A stretch of 46,085 bases of DNA from an uncultured Thermoplasmatales archaeon (GCA_964391965.1 CAYMOC010000003.1:1-46085); one strand, 5' to 3'; shown: positions 28,080 to 36,366, numbered from the stretch's first letter. Notes: generated from the sequence alone by a model not told the origin. Translations and numbers: made by a program.

Positions 28080-28655
28080 TTATTTTTTATGAAACATGTA
28101 TGAATCCCATCTGAATGGAAAAGAACGATTAATCATATGGTTTAAAACTGAAATGTTTTCAAAACAATGAATTATATCATTGATTTTTTGTTTTTCATCT
28201 GTTAAAACTCTTGAAATAATTCTACTATCTGATTTTGTTGTTTTAAAAACATTTAACATAATTTTTTCAAAAGGAATTGTACAACCTGAAACTATAACAG
28301 TGTCATATCCATTTATTGGAAAGTTTTTTCCATCAGCACAAAAGATAGAGATTTTATCTTCAAGGTTTTTTTTCTTTACTATTTTTTTTGCTTTTTCAAC
28401 AGCTTTAGGGTTTCTATCTATTGCAAATACTTTTTTATTAAATTTTTTTGCAAGAATGATAGCTGTCAAAGGATATGGTCCACATCCAATATGTAGTATT
28501 TTTTTAGATTTTGAGATATCAAAAAACTGGCTTTCTTTGATATATTGATTGCCGATATTTTTCTCGTAAAATTTACCTATTTTTTCAATTTTATAGGATA
28601 TATAATCTATGATTCTCCAGTAAAAATTGTTATATTTTCTGTAAAAATCCCCCAT
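28080..28655 (-). CDS. Nicotianamine-synthase-like SAM-dependent enzyme (possible 3-amino-3-carboxypropyl transferase), or an atypical methyltransferase
   Basis: ILHIGCGPYPLTAIILAKKFNKKVFAIDRNPKAVEKAKKIV resembles the NAS signature (vaFvGSGPLPLTSivLAk...F.nfDid). Followed by ISIFCADG and YDTVIVSG. The ORF is short at 191 aa. Confidence 0.4.
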   Translation of the reverse strand: MGDFYRKYNNFYWRIIDYISYKIEKIGKFYEKNIGNQYIKESQFFDISKSKKILHIGCGPYPLTAIILAKKFNKKVFAIDRNPKAVEKAKKIVKKKNLEDKISIFCADGKNFPINGYDTVIVSGCTIPFEKIMLNVFKTTKSDSRIISRVLTDEKQKINDIIHCFENISVLNHMINRSFPFRWDSYMFHKK

Positions 28656-28779
28656 TTTAGATATCTTCCTTTGTATATGATTTTAAAAGGTAGGTTGTAA
28701 ATAAATTTTTGTACAGATTAATAAGAGTATAATATTATGAAAATACATAAGAAACAGTAGGTTATCCCTATTGTTCTGA

Positions 28780-29742
28780 ATGGAATTAAAAATTTTCAAA
28801 CATGCAAAAAAATTTCTTCCAATTATTGGTTTAATTCTTTTTATATATGTAATTTATAGTCTGGATTTACAAGATATCAAAGAGGCTTTTCTTGCTGTTA
28901 AACCAGTTTTCATACTGTTATCTTTGTGTATAACGATTCCTCGTGCTTTAATTAGAAACTATGCATGGAAGTTAATACAAAAAGAACAGAAGATAAAAAT
29001 TAGTTATTTTAGATCATTAAAAATTCTTCTTATAGGATTGTTTTATGGATGTATAACGCCTGGGTATACTGGTCAGATGGTTCGTATACCTTATATGAAG
29101 GAAAAAACAGGTGAGCCCTATGGTAAACTTTTTATAAATACTTTTATGGAAACCGCGGTTCACACATCTTCTCTTTATATCATGCTTCTTTTTGGAGCAT
29201 TACTTATATCAACAACGTTACCTCAAGTAGTTTATGGGATTATCATATGGGTTTTTGCATTTTTTGTTTTCATATTGTTTTTTATAAATAAAAACAGAGG
29301 AAAGAAATTTTTTAGATTTTTAATCGGATATTTTGTTCCAAAAAAAGCTAAAAATATTTTAAAGGATTTTGTTGGAACTTTTTATGAAGATTTCCCAAGA
29401 ATACGTAAATTAATTTTTCCGTTTCTTCTTGGAATTACTACATGGGTTTTGATTTTTAGTCAATATTATATTTTAGTTATAGCTTTGGATTTAGAAATTC
29501 CGTATTTACATTTTTTGTTACTGTTTCCGGTTGCTAATGTTATAAGTTTTATACCTATTAGTTTTGCAGGTGTTGGAACGAGAGAGTTTGCAGCTGTTTT
29601 TATTTTTACCACCTTATATGAAGTGGGTGGTGCAGAGGTTTTTGTTGTATCACTTTTGGGTTTTTTAATAACTGATATGTCAATGGGTGTTGCAGGTTTT
29701 TTTGCTTCTTTAACAGAAGTTAAACCTAAAAAAACTTTTTAA
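28780..29742 (+). CDS. UPF0104 / MprF-flippase-like (LPG_synthase_TM) membrane protein
   Basis: 320-aa polytopic protein. FLPIIGLILFIYVIYSLDLQDIKEAF and FYGCITPGYTGQMVRIPYMK align with the N-terminal half of ORF 26422..28014. Confidence 0.65.
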   Translation: MELKIFKHAKKFLPIIGLILFIYVIYSLDLQDIKEAFLAVKPVFILLSLCITIPRALIRNYAWKLIQKEQKIKISYFRSLKILLIGLFYGCITPGYTGQMVRIPYMKEKTGEPYGKLFINTFMETAVHTSSLYIMLLFGALLISTTLPQVVYGIIIWVFAFFVFILFFINKNRGKKFFRFLIGYFVPKKAKNILKDFVGTFYEDFPRIRKLIFPFLLGITTWVLIFSQYYILVIALDLEIPYLHFLLLFPVANVISFIPISFAGVGTREFAAVFIFTTLYEVGGAEVFVVSLLGFLITDMSMGVAGFFASLTEVKPKKTF

Positions 29743-29851
29743 AGTATGCTGGTTTTATTAAACATAAAAATCATATACTGTTTATGGTATTTCAGGAATA
29801 CAAAAAAATGGAGAATATACCGAAGAAATCTCAGATTATATGTGATGTTTT

Positions 29852-30802
29852 ATGACGGGCGAGGGTATAGGTTTTGGAAAGGCTATTTTGTTTAATGAAC
29901 ATTTTGTAGTATATGGTGTACCATCTATTGTTTCAGCGATAGGTAAATACACTGTGGCAAAAGTTGAGGAATCTGATAAACCAGGTTGGCATCTAGAAGA
30001 TAATAGGAAAGCAACTCCTAATTATAAGGAAGATAAGATAGATCAACAAAAAGTATCCATTGATAACATAGTCAATAAAATGGATCTTGATTTATCAAAG
30101 AAAGGAGTAGATATTGTTCTTGAAGGAAACTTGTATTGTGCTAGTGGCATTGGTGCAAGTGCAGCATCCTGTGTAGCAATTGCTAGAGCTTTAGATGACC
30201 ATTTTGATTTAGATTTTTCAGATGAAGAAATAAATGATGTTGCCTATGAAGGAGAAAAAGGATATCATGGAACACCTTCTGGTGTTGATAACGCTGCATC
30301 AACTTTTGGAGGACTTATCTGGTTTCAGAAAGAAGACGGTAAAGTTATAGATCCAATTTCTGTTATGAGACCAGTTGAAATAGTTATAGGCAATACTGGA
30401 AAAGTCGCTGATACTGCTGCAGCTGTTGCCGGTGTAAAAGAAAGAAAAGAAAAAGATCCTGAGAAATACAAAGAAATTTTCAATAGAGCTGAGAATATAG
30501 CATATTTAGCTAAGGATGCTTTTCAAAATGAGGATTTAAAAGAAATAGGTAAACTTATGGATGAAAACCATAAACTCTTACAGCAGATAGAAGTATCAAA
30601 TAAAGAACTTGATTTTCTTGTTAAACTTGCTCGCGATCATGGCGCATGGGGTGCAAAACTTACTGGTGGAGGACTCGGTGGTAACATGATAGCTTTAACA
30701 CCTGGTCGTGATCTTCAGGATGAAGTTGCAACAGCTATTGAAAAAGAAGGTTTCCAAACCGTGAAAACTGTGGTTGGTGCAAGAAGGGATGGTAACAGGT
30801 AG
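29852..30802 (+). CDS. mvk: Mevalonate kinase
   Basis: GHMP kinase motifs: GKAILFNEHFVVYGVPSIV, GIGASAASCVAIARAL, KLTGGGLGGNMIAL. 316 aa. Confidence 0.88.
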   Translation: MTGEGIGFGKAILFNEHFVVYGVPSIVSAIGKYTVAKVEESDKPGWHLEDNRKATPNYKEDKIDQQKVSIDNIVNKMDLDLSKKGVDIVLEGNLYCASGIGASAASCVAIARALDDHFDLDFSDEEINDVAYEGEKGYHGTPSGVDNAASTFGGLIWFQKEDGKVIDPISVMRPVEIVIGNTGKVADTAAAVAGVKERKEKDPEKYKEIFNRAENIAYLAKDAFQNEDLKEIGKLMDENHKLLQQIEVSNKELDFLVKLARDHGAWGAKLTGGGLGGNMIALTPGRDLQDEVATAIEKEGFQTVKTVVGARRDGNR

Positions 30803-32113
30803 ATGTTCCTTCGTGATTTTTTGGAAAAACTAGAGAAAAATGGTAAACTCACACGAATAAAAAAACCAGTATCACATAAGTATGAAGTAGCTAATGTTAT
30901 TTATTCACTTGATGAACAACCTGTTATTTTTGATAATGTTAAAGGTTTTGATTTCCCAGTTTTTGCAGGTATTACAAGTAACCGTGATACTATAGCTGAA
31001 GGACTTGATACAACAAAAGAAAATCTTTTGTTTAAACTAGCTGATGCTTTAAATAAACCAGAAACACCTGAGATTGTTGATAAAGCTCCTTGTCAGGAAG
31101 TAGTTGTTGATAAACCAGATCTTGATAAAATTCCGATACTCTATAATCTTAAAGGCGATGGTGGACGTTATGGTTCAGCTACAGTTGCAACCATTAAAGA
31201 CCCTGAATCTGGTCGTAATGTTAGTTATCATCGACTTATGCAGGTTGGAAAAGACAGGTTTACTGCGCGACTTATCAAGAAAAGACAAACTCGAACTACT
31301 TATGATAAAATAGATGGAGACTTAGAAATGGCTGTATGCATTGGTAACAGCGTACCTGTGATGGTTGCAGCATCATTAGGGCCTCCCGCTGATGTTGACG
31401 AGTTTAGTATAGCTAATGCTCTTGATAAAACACCGATGGTTAAATGTAAAACTAAAGACCTTGAGGTACCTGCTGAATCAGAGTTTGTTTTTGAAGGACG
31501 TTTAACACGTGAATTAGATAAAGAAGGTCCATTTGTGGATTTAACTGAAACTCGTGATTTCGAACGTCAGGAACCAGTTTTTGTTGTAGATTGTATAACT
31601 CATAGAAAAGATGCCATGTACCAGGCACTCATACCTGGTCGATTGGAACATAAAACACTTATGGGTATGCCAAAGGAACCAACGATTTACAATGAGGTAA
31701 ACAAAGTTTGTGATTGTAAAAACGTACTTGTCACAATAGGCGGCGGTAGCTGGCTTCATGGAATAGTACAAATCAAAAAGAAACAACATGATGACCCGGA
31801 AAAAGCAATAGACGCAGCTTTCAAAGGCCATGGAAGCATGAAACATGTAGTCATAGTTGACGAAGATGTAAATATTTATGATCCTAATGCTGTCGAATGG
31901 GCTATTGCTACACGTTTCCAAGGAGATAAAGATCTTGTAGTCAAATCTGATCAACCCGGTAGTTCTTTGGATCCATCAGGCATTCATAAACCGGGTAAAA
32001 AAACCAGGACTGCAAAAGTTGGAGTGGATGCAACAATTCCATCTGATATAGATAAAGAAAAATATGAAACAGTAACCTACAAAAAAGTTGATTTGGATGA
32101 TTACCTCAGGTAA
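30803..32113 (+). CDS. UbiD-family decarboxylase, probable trans-anhydromevalonate 5-phosphate decarboxylase (archaeal mevalonate pathway)
   Basis: UbiD-like N-terminus LRDFLEKLEKNGKLTRIKKPVSHKYEVANV...PVIFDNVKGFDFPVFAGI. GPFVDLTETRDF sits where UbiD has GPFGE.tGyY. The gene abuts the mvk stop and lies next to the aconitase-X subunits. Confidence 0.75.
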   Translation: MFLRDFLEKLEKNGKLTRIKKPVSHKYEVANVIYSLDEQPVIFDNVKGFDFPVFAGITSNRDTIAEGLDTTKENLLFKLADALNKPETPEIVDKAPCQEVVVDKPDLDKIPILYNLKGDGGRYGSATVATIKDPESGRNVSYHRLMQVGKDRFTARLIKKRQTRTTYDKIDGDLEMAVCIGNSVPVMVAASLGPPADVDEFSIANALDKTPMVKCKTKDLEVPAESEFVFEGRLTRELDKEGPFVDLTETRDFERQEPVFVVDCITHRKDAMYQALIPGRLEHKTLMGMPKEPTIYNEVNKVCDCKNVLVTIGGGSWLHGIVQIKKKQHDDPEKAIDAAFKGHGSMKHVVIVDEDVNIYDPNAVEWAIATRFQGDKDLVVKSDQPGSSLDPSGIHKPGKKTRTAKVGVDATIPSDIDKEKYETVTYKKVDLDDYLR

Positions 32114-32414
32114 TGGAAGAACCAAAGTCTGGCTTAAAAAAGAAAAAGTAGATGATGATTTAGTTTTAATTGTTGGTGGTGGTGAGAAACCTCATATTGG
32201 AGCCACTGTTTTATGTGTACCCGGTGGAAAAACCCAGATTTTAAAATATGGTAAACATAAAGACCATATTGTTTTAAAACCATTAGCTGAGAAAGCCTGT
32301 AAGAAATACAAAAAAGTCGTTGTTGCAGTAGGTGGAATTCATATAAATAATGCTTCAAAACAAGAAATAGATGAGATTATTGATAATTGTAAGAGGTTAG
32401 AGGAATGTATTTAA
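32097..32414 (+). CDS. LpdD-like small protein (putative prenylated-FMN chaperone/partner of the UbiD enzyme)
   Basis: About 105 aa. LVLIVGGGEKPHIGATV and VAVGGIHINNASKQEIDEI resemble, from memory, the LpdD blocks (..IVVTGGTNPHIGDV.. and ..ITAGIHVNQITKAQI..). It overlaps the UbiD gene end by 17 nt and the next gene start by 10 nt. Confidence 0.45.
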   Translation: MITSGNGRTKVWLKKEKVDDDLVLIVGGGEKPHIGATVLCVPGGKTQILKYGKHKDHIVLKPLAEKACKKYKKVVVAVGGIHINNASKQEIDEIIDNCKRLEECI

Positions 32415-33589
32415 CAAAAGAAGAAGAACAAATCCTTGACGGAGAACAAGGGGAAGTTATGGAACGAATGTTTAGATTACTTGTTCGACTTGGTGACATC
32501 TATGGTGCTGATAAGATGATACCAGTTGGATCAGTGCAAGTTGCTGGTGTTTCATATAAATCCATTGGCGATCCGGGCACAGAATTTCTTGAAGATATGG
32601 CCGGGAAAAACGCTAAAGTTAAAGTTTTAACTTATTTGAATCCTGCCGGTATGGATTTGGAAAATTGGAAAAAACTTGGTTTTCCAAAAGATTTTGCAAA
32701 AAATCAGCTACGTATTATGGATGCTTTTAAAAAAATGGGGATTGTTGTAACAAGTACTTGCACACCATATTTGGCAGGGAATCTACCACGTTTCCGTGAG
32801 CATATAGCTTGGAGTGAAAGCAGTGCAGTTAGTTTTTCAAATAGTGTAATAGGTGCTCGTACAAACCGAGAAGGAGGACCCAGTGCTCTAGCTGCTGCAT
32901 TATGTGGTCGTACACCAAATTATGGTCTTCATCTCTGGGAAAACCGGCAGCCGGATTATGAAATAAAAGTTGATGTCGATATCACTTTTAACTCTGATTT
33001 TGGAGCACTTGGATCTATTGTTGGCAAAGAAGTGAAAAACAAGATCCCGTATTTTACTGGTATTAAAAATGCTGATACTGATCAACTCAAAAGCCTGGGA
33101 GCAGCTATGGCAGCAAGTGGGGCTGTAGCTATTTATCATGTAAAGGATTTAACCCCTGAAGCTGATCAGGTTGATAAAAAAAATCTTGAAACTATAAATG
33201 TTACACAAGAAGATCTTGACAAAGCATACGAGGAGCTGAGTTCGGGGAAAGAACCAGATATTGTAATACTTGGATGTCCTCATGCATCTCTTAAAGAAAT
33301 ATCAAGACTTTCTAATAAACTTGAAGGCAAGAAACTAAAAAAACCTGTTTGGATTTGTACAAGCCGTATGGTCAAAGAAGCAGCTAAACGTATGGGATAC
33401 AATGACATTATAGTTAAAGCCGGTGGGAACATAGTAGCTGATACATGTATGGTTGTAAGCCCTATTGAACAAATGGGATATCATACCACTGGTGTAAACA
33501 GCGGGAAAGCAGCTAAATACCTGCCAGGTTTCTGTAAACAAAAAGTTGCTTTTGCAAATATCGATAAACTTGTGGAGGGGCAACTATGA
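32405..33589 (+). CDS. Aconitase X family large subunit, probable phosphomevalonate dehydratase large subunit
   Basis: MYLTKEEEQILDGEQGEVMERMFRLLVRLGDIYGADKMIPVGSVQVAG is the typical N-terminus of AcnX catalytic (DUF521-type) proteins. The genomic context supports the call. Confidence 0.75.
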   Translation: MYLTKEEEQILDGEQGEVMERMFRLLVRLGDIYGADKMIPVGSVQVAGVSYKSIGDPGTEFLEDMAGKNAKVKVLTYLNPAGMDLENWKKLGFPKDFAKNQLRIMDAFKKMGIVVTSTCTPYLAGNLPRFREHIAWSESSAVSFSNSVIGARTNREGGPSALAAALCGRTPNYGLHLWENRQPDYEIKVDVDITFNSDFGALGSIVGKEVKNKIPYFTGIKNADTDQLKSLGAAMAASGAVAIYHVKDLTPEADQVDKKNLETINVTQEDLDKAYEELSSGKEPDIVILGCPHASLKEISRLSNKLEGKKLKKPVWICTSRMVKEAAKRMGYNDIIVKAGGNIVADTCMVVSPIEQMGYHTTGVNSGKAAKYLPGFCKQKVAFANIDKLVEGQL

Positions 33590-33972
33590 AAGGAAGAACC
33601 ATTAGCCCAGGTAAAGCAGAGGGAGAGGCAATAGTTTCAAAGGAACCAATTGGTTTTTATGGAAATGTTGACCCGAAAACAGGTGTTGTTATTGAGAAAG
33701 GAAACCCTCTTGAGGGAGAAAACATCAAAGATAAAATCCTTGTTTTTCCCTGTGGAAAAGGATCAACAGTAGGATCATATGTTATTTATGGTCTTGCAAA
33801 AAATGATGTTGGACCAAAAGCCATCATAAATGAGGAAACAGAAACCATTGTAGCAACCGGTGCAATACTAGCTGGTATTCCCTGTGTCGATCAGATTGAT
33901 ATTAAAAAAATAAAAACTGGTGACAAAATAAAAGTTGATGCTGATTCAGGGAATGTTGAAATAAAAAAATAA
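33586..33972 (+). CDS. Aconitase X family small (swivel) subunit, probable phosphomevalonate dehydratase small subunit
   Basis: MKGRTISPGKAEGEAIVSKEPIGFYGNVDPKTGVV...FPCGKGSTVGSYVIYGL is typical of DUF126-type swivel subunits. ATGA overlap with the large subunit. Confidence 0.75.
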   Translation: MKGRTISPGKAEGEAIVSKEPIGFYGNVDPKTGVVIEKGNPLEGENIKDKILVFPCGKGSTVGSYVIYGLAKNDVGPKAIINEETETIVATGAILAGIPCVDQIDIKKIKTGDKIKVDADSGNVEIKK

Positions 33973-33980
33973 TATTTTTT

Positions 33981-35423
33981 TTAATGTCTCATAGTCCAAA
34001 TGCAACCCGTTCCTTTTAGATCTACATCATAATCTGTGTTATCTTCAGACCAAACAATGCTGCCATCTATATTTGATCGTCCGATATTAACTCCTACTTT
34101 TGGAACGCTATTGAAAACTTTTTCATAGATGTTATCTGTTTCAACATCAACATCTAGTTTTATTCCATAGGTTTTTAACAAAGTCTGAGTAATATCTGGT
34201 TCAGCTTGAATATTTATATCAGTCGGTATTTTTACATTTCCAAAAATTGTTTTTGAATCGGTTTGTATCTGTATGTTTTTAAGTTCCGTTATAGTCTGAC
34301 CATTATCAGCTGTTACTATAACATTGGTGTATGGGTTTATTTTTGAATCTGAAGAAAGACTTCGTTCAGAGGTTATTAGATGATATTTACTGTAGTATAT
34401 ATTCCATCCATTGTTTAGTTTCATATGACAGAAATCCCAGCCTTTGATAAATGATTTTAATAAACCATTTGACCAGGTGTGATGGTGGTGACCGATGCCT
34501 TTAACGTTGTGTTCTTCTCCATCAATTTTAATTGTTCCAGTCATTTCAACGCCTGTAAAAATATAGCTTGCTATGCTAGTATCTCCTTTGTCAAAAAGTC
34601 CTTTACTTGTCCAAATTGGATCTGATTCAACATGACAACTTACATCTACAATTATATCATGATTTGTATCTATGTCATTATCTACTGCGTATATCTTCCA
34701 ATCTTCAGCTGAAGTTCCTTCAACCCATGAATCTTCAAATTTAATATCTACACCTGGTGAACCTGCCTGTAATGTTGGTTTATTTAAAAGACCAAGACCT
34801 CTTTCCTTGTTTATAATACCGCCGTATTCTTCTCCATCAGGGCTGTGAAGTGTTAAAACCATTGCATCAGGTTTCAATGTGGCCATAAGATCACCTCTAG
34901 CTAGATGCATAAAACTAATAGTTATAGTCCAATCAGCTAAATCACTGTCTTTATCAAAAACAGCTGTCCATGTCCACCATTCACGGTTTACCAAGAGTTT
35001 ATTATAGTGATATCCTTCATCTTCAGGTGAAACCACTTGTTTATTTGGAAGGAAAATAGACCCTGGAGGTTTTTCTTCTTCAAAAACCCAGCTTCCAATT
35101 ATTTCATTTGTAGGAGTATAAATTATCACAATTTTTCCGAAACAATCCCTAATTATATCATTTGGATCTACACTTCCCGATACCTCTGAAGTGTTACAAT
35201 TCCCTTGGATTTCAAATTCATCCCAGTTATAGTTTCCTCCTGAGATAAAAACTAAGATAAGCATGTTTTCTTGATTATCTTTTATAAAACGCATTTCTGG
35301 TGTTTCTTTTTCAGTTTCCTCAGGAAAATATCCTGCTTCAAAAAGTATTACAACTGATATAATAATCAGTGCTACTACTATTACTGCATCTATTTTCCTA
35401 ATTCTCCTTGGGTCTAAATTCAT
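33981..35423 (-). CDS. Membrane-anchored extracytoplasmic protein with AttH/CrtC-like (lipocalin-type) domain
   Basis: N-terminal TM anchor. SPEDEGYHYNKLLVNREWWTWTAVF resembles the AttH/CrtC start (fP.DhG.H.....EWWY.tg.l). The remainder looks beta-rich. Confidence 0.45.
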   Translation of the reverse strand: MNLDPRRIRKIDAVIVVALIIISVVILFEAGYFPEETEKETPEMRFIKDNQENMLILVFISGGNYNWDEFEIQGNCNTSEVSGSVDPNDIIRDCFGKIVIIYTPTNEIIGSWVFEEEKPPGSIFLPNKQVVSPEDEGYHYNKLLVNREWWTWTAVFDKDSDLADWTITISFMHLARGDLMATLKPDAMVLTLHSPDGEEYGGIINKERGLGLLNKPTLQAGSPGVDIKFEDSWVEGTSAEDWKIYAVDNDIDTNHDIIVDVSCHVESDPIWTSKGLFDKGDTSIASYIFTGVEMTGTIKIDGEEHNVKGIGHHHHTWSNGLLKSFIKGWDFCHMKLNNGWNIYYSKYHLITSERSLSSDSKINPYTNVIVTADNGQTITELKNIQIQTDSKTIFGNVKIPTDINIQAEPDITQTLLKTYGIKLDVDVETDNIYEKVFNSVPKVGVNIGRSNIDGSIVWSEDNTDYDVDLKGTGCIWTMRH

Positions 35424-35625
35424 CGAACACCAGCTTTATTTTGCTATCTAAATAATAGTTTTATAATATAAATTATTAAATGTTTCTGTACATCCCTTAT
35501 CGGAAGGTAGTTTTTTTCAAAAAAATTGTAATTTTTTACTAATGTATCAAGAGTTGCACATGTGAGTGAATACCCATATGCGAAAAAAGGACTTAAAAGC
35601 AGATTTATTTCTAAGATTGAAGGTT

Positions 35626-35722
35626 AAATGGGAAGGGATGAAGCCTCAAAAAAAAATTAGATGTTTTTTAGAGAATGCCCATCCAATTACCCCCTCTAAA
35701 TCACCTCTTCTCCTTCCCATTT
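35626..35722. ncRNA. Candidate structured RNA or regulatory element of unknown class
   Basis: 11-bp perfect stem AAATGGGAAGG (35626-35636) / CCTTCCCATTT (35712-35722). It encloses GGATG/CATCC (35636-40 / 35680-84) and a CTCAAAAAA/TTTTTTAGAG hairpin. T-runs lie at 35739-44 and 35750-55. It shares GGGATGA and CCCATTT with the 13675 element. Confidence 0.3.
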
Positions 35723-35774
35723 TCATCTTTACAACTAATTTTTTATTGCTTTTTTGACGTTTTACCACAAAGAG

Positions 35775-35783
35775 TTTATATAT
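35775..35783 (+). promoter_or_regulatory. TATA-like box upstream of the Zn-ribbon gene
   Basis: TTTATATAT lies about 60 nt upstream of the ATG at 35842. GGAG at 35829-35832 could serve as the RBS. Confidence 0.35.
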
Positions 35784-35841
35784 TATTATTTTTAGAACAG
35801 ATAAAATGATACACCAGTATTTAGTATTGGAGTTGAAATAA

Positions 35842-36078
35842 ATGGAATATGTGATGGATATGGAAAAAGAAATTGTATGTCCAAACTGCGGTGCATCAAT
35901 GAAACCGTCTCCAAATGGCGAGGGTAATACATTTGTTTGCCCAGATTGTGGTTCTACAATAGAAGAGGATGAAATACAAAATTTTGATACCTCAGGCGTA
36001 TGTCCAAACTGTAATCAACCGATAGATGGTAACGAATGTTCCTATTGTGGTTATTACCTGGGTTCAGATTTTGAATAA
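35842..36078 (+). CDS. Small double zinc-ribbon protein
   Basis: Four CxxC pairs: CPNCG, CPDCG, CPNCN, CSYCG. 78 aa. Confidence 0.6.
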   Translation: MEYVMDMEKEIVCPNCGASMKPSPNGEGNTFVCPDCGSTIEEDEIQNFDTSGVCPNCNQPIDGNECSYCGYYLGSDFE

Positions 36079-36093
36079 ATAAAATAATTTTTT

Positions 36094-36366
36094 TTATCTA
36101 TTATTAAAAAGATTGATAACTTTAGTTTTACTATCAAATTCACCTAATTTTTTTTGAATAGTAACAATTGCTTTAGGTATAACAATAAAATCATGTTCAT
36201 CATGATCAATACTATAACTGTGTGCAAGTCTTATTTTTTCATCGTCTTCATCTATTAAGAGTCCACATTGTAGAGTGGGTGAAAGTTCAAAGCTATCTGA
36301 ATCCAATTCCGATTCTTCAAATTCGAATGTGTCATTCCAAACAACGGCTACTATATCAAATTTCAT
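36094..36366 (-). CDS. Small acidic hypothetical protein
   Basis: 90-aa ORF, convergent with the Zn-ribbon gene. I recognised no motif. Confidence 0.4.
   Translation of the reverse strand: MKFDIVAVVWNDTFEFEESELDSDSFELSPTLQCGLLIDEDDEKIRLAHSYSIDHDEHDFIVIPKAIVTIQKKLGEFDSKTKVINLFNNR

Noticed and set aside
29808-29855. A 15-codon upstream ORF (MENIPKKSQIICDVL) whose stop overlaps the mvk start (ATGA).
   Set aside because: An ORF this short is expected by chance in AT-rich leaders. It has no RBS of its own. It is only worth revisiting if it is conserved in orthologous leaders.
35566-35757. A 63-aa ORF in the divergent intergenic region.
   Set aside because: It has no RBS and a low-complexity product. 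It coincides with the stem-loop element, which explains the local GC content better.
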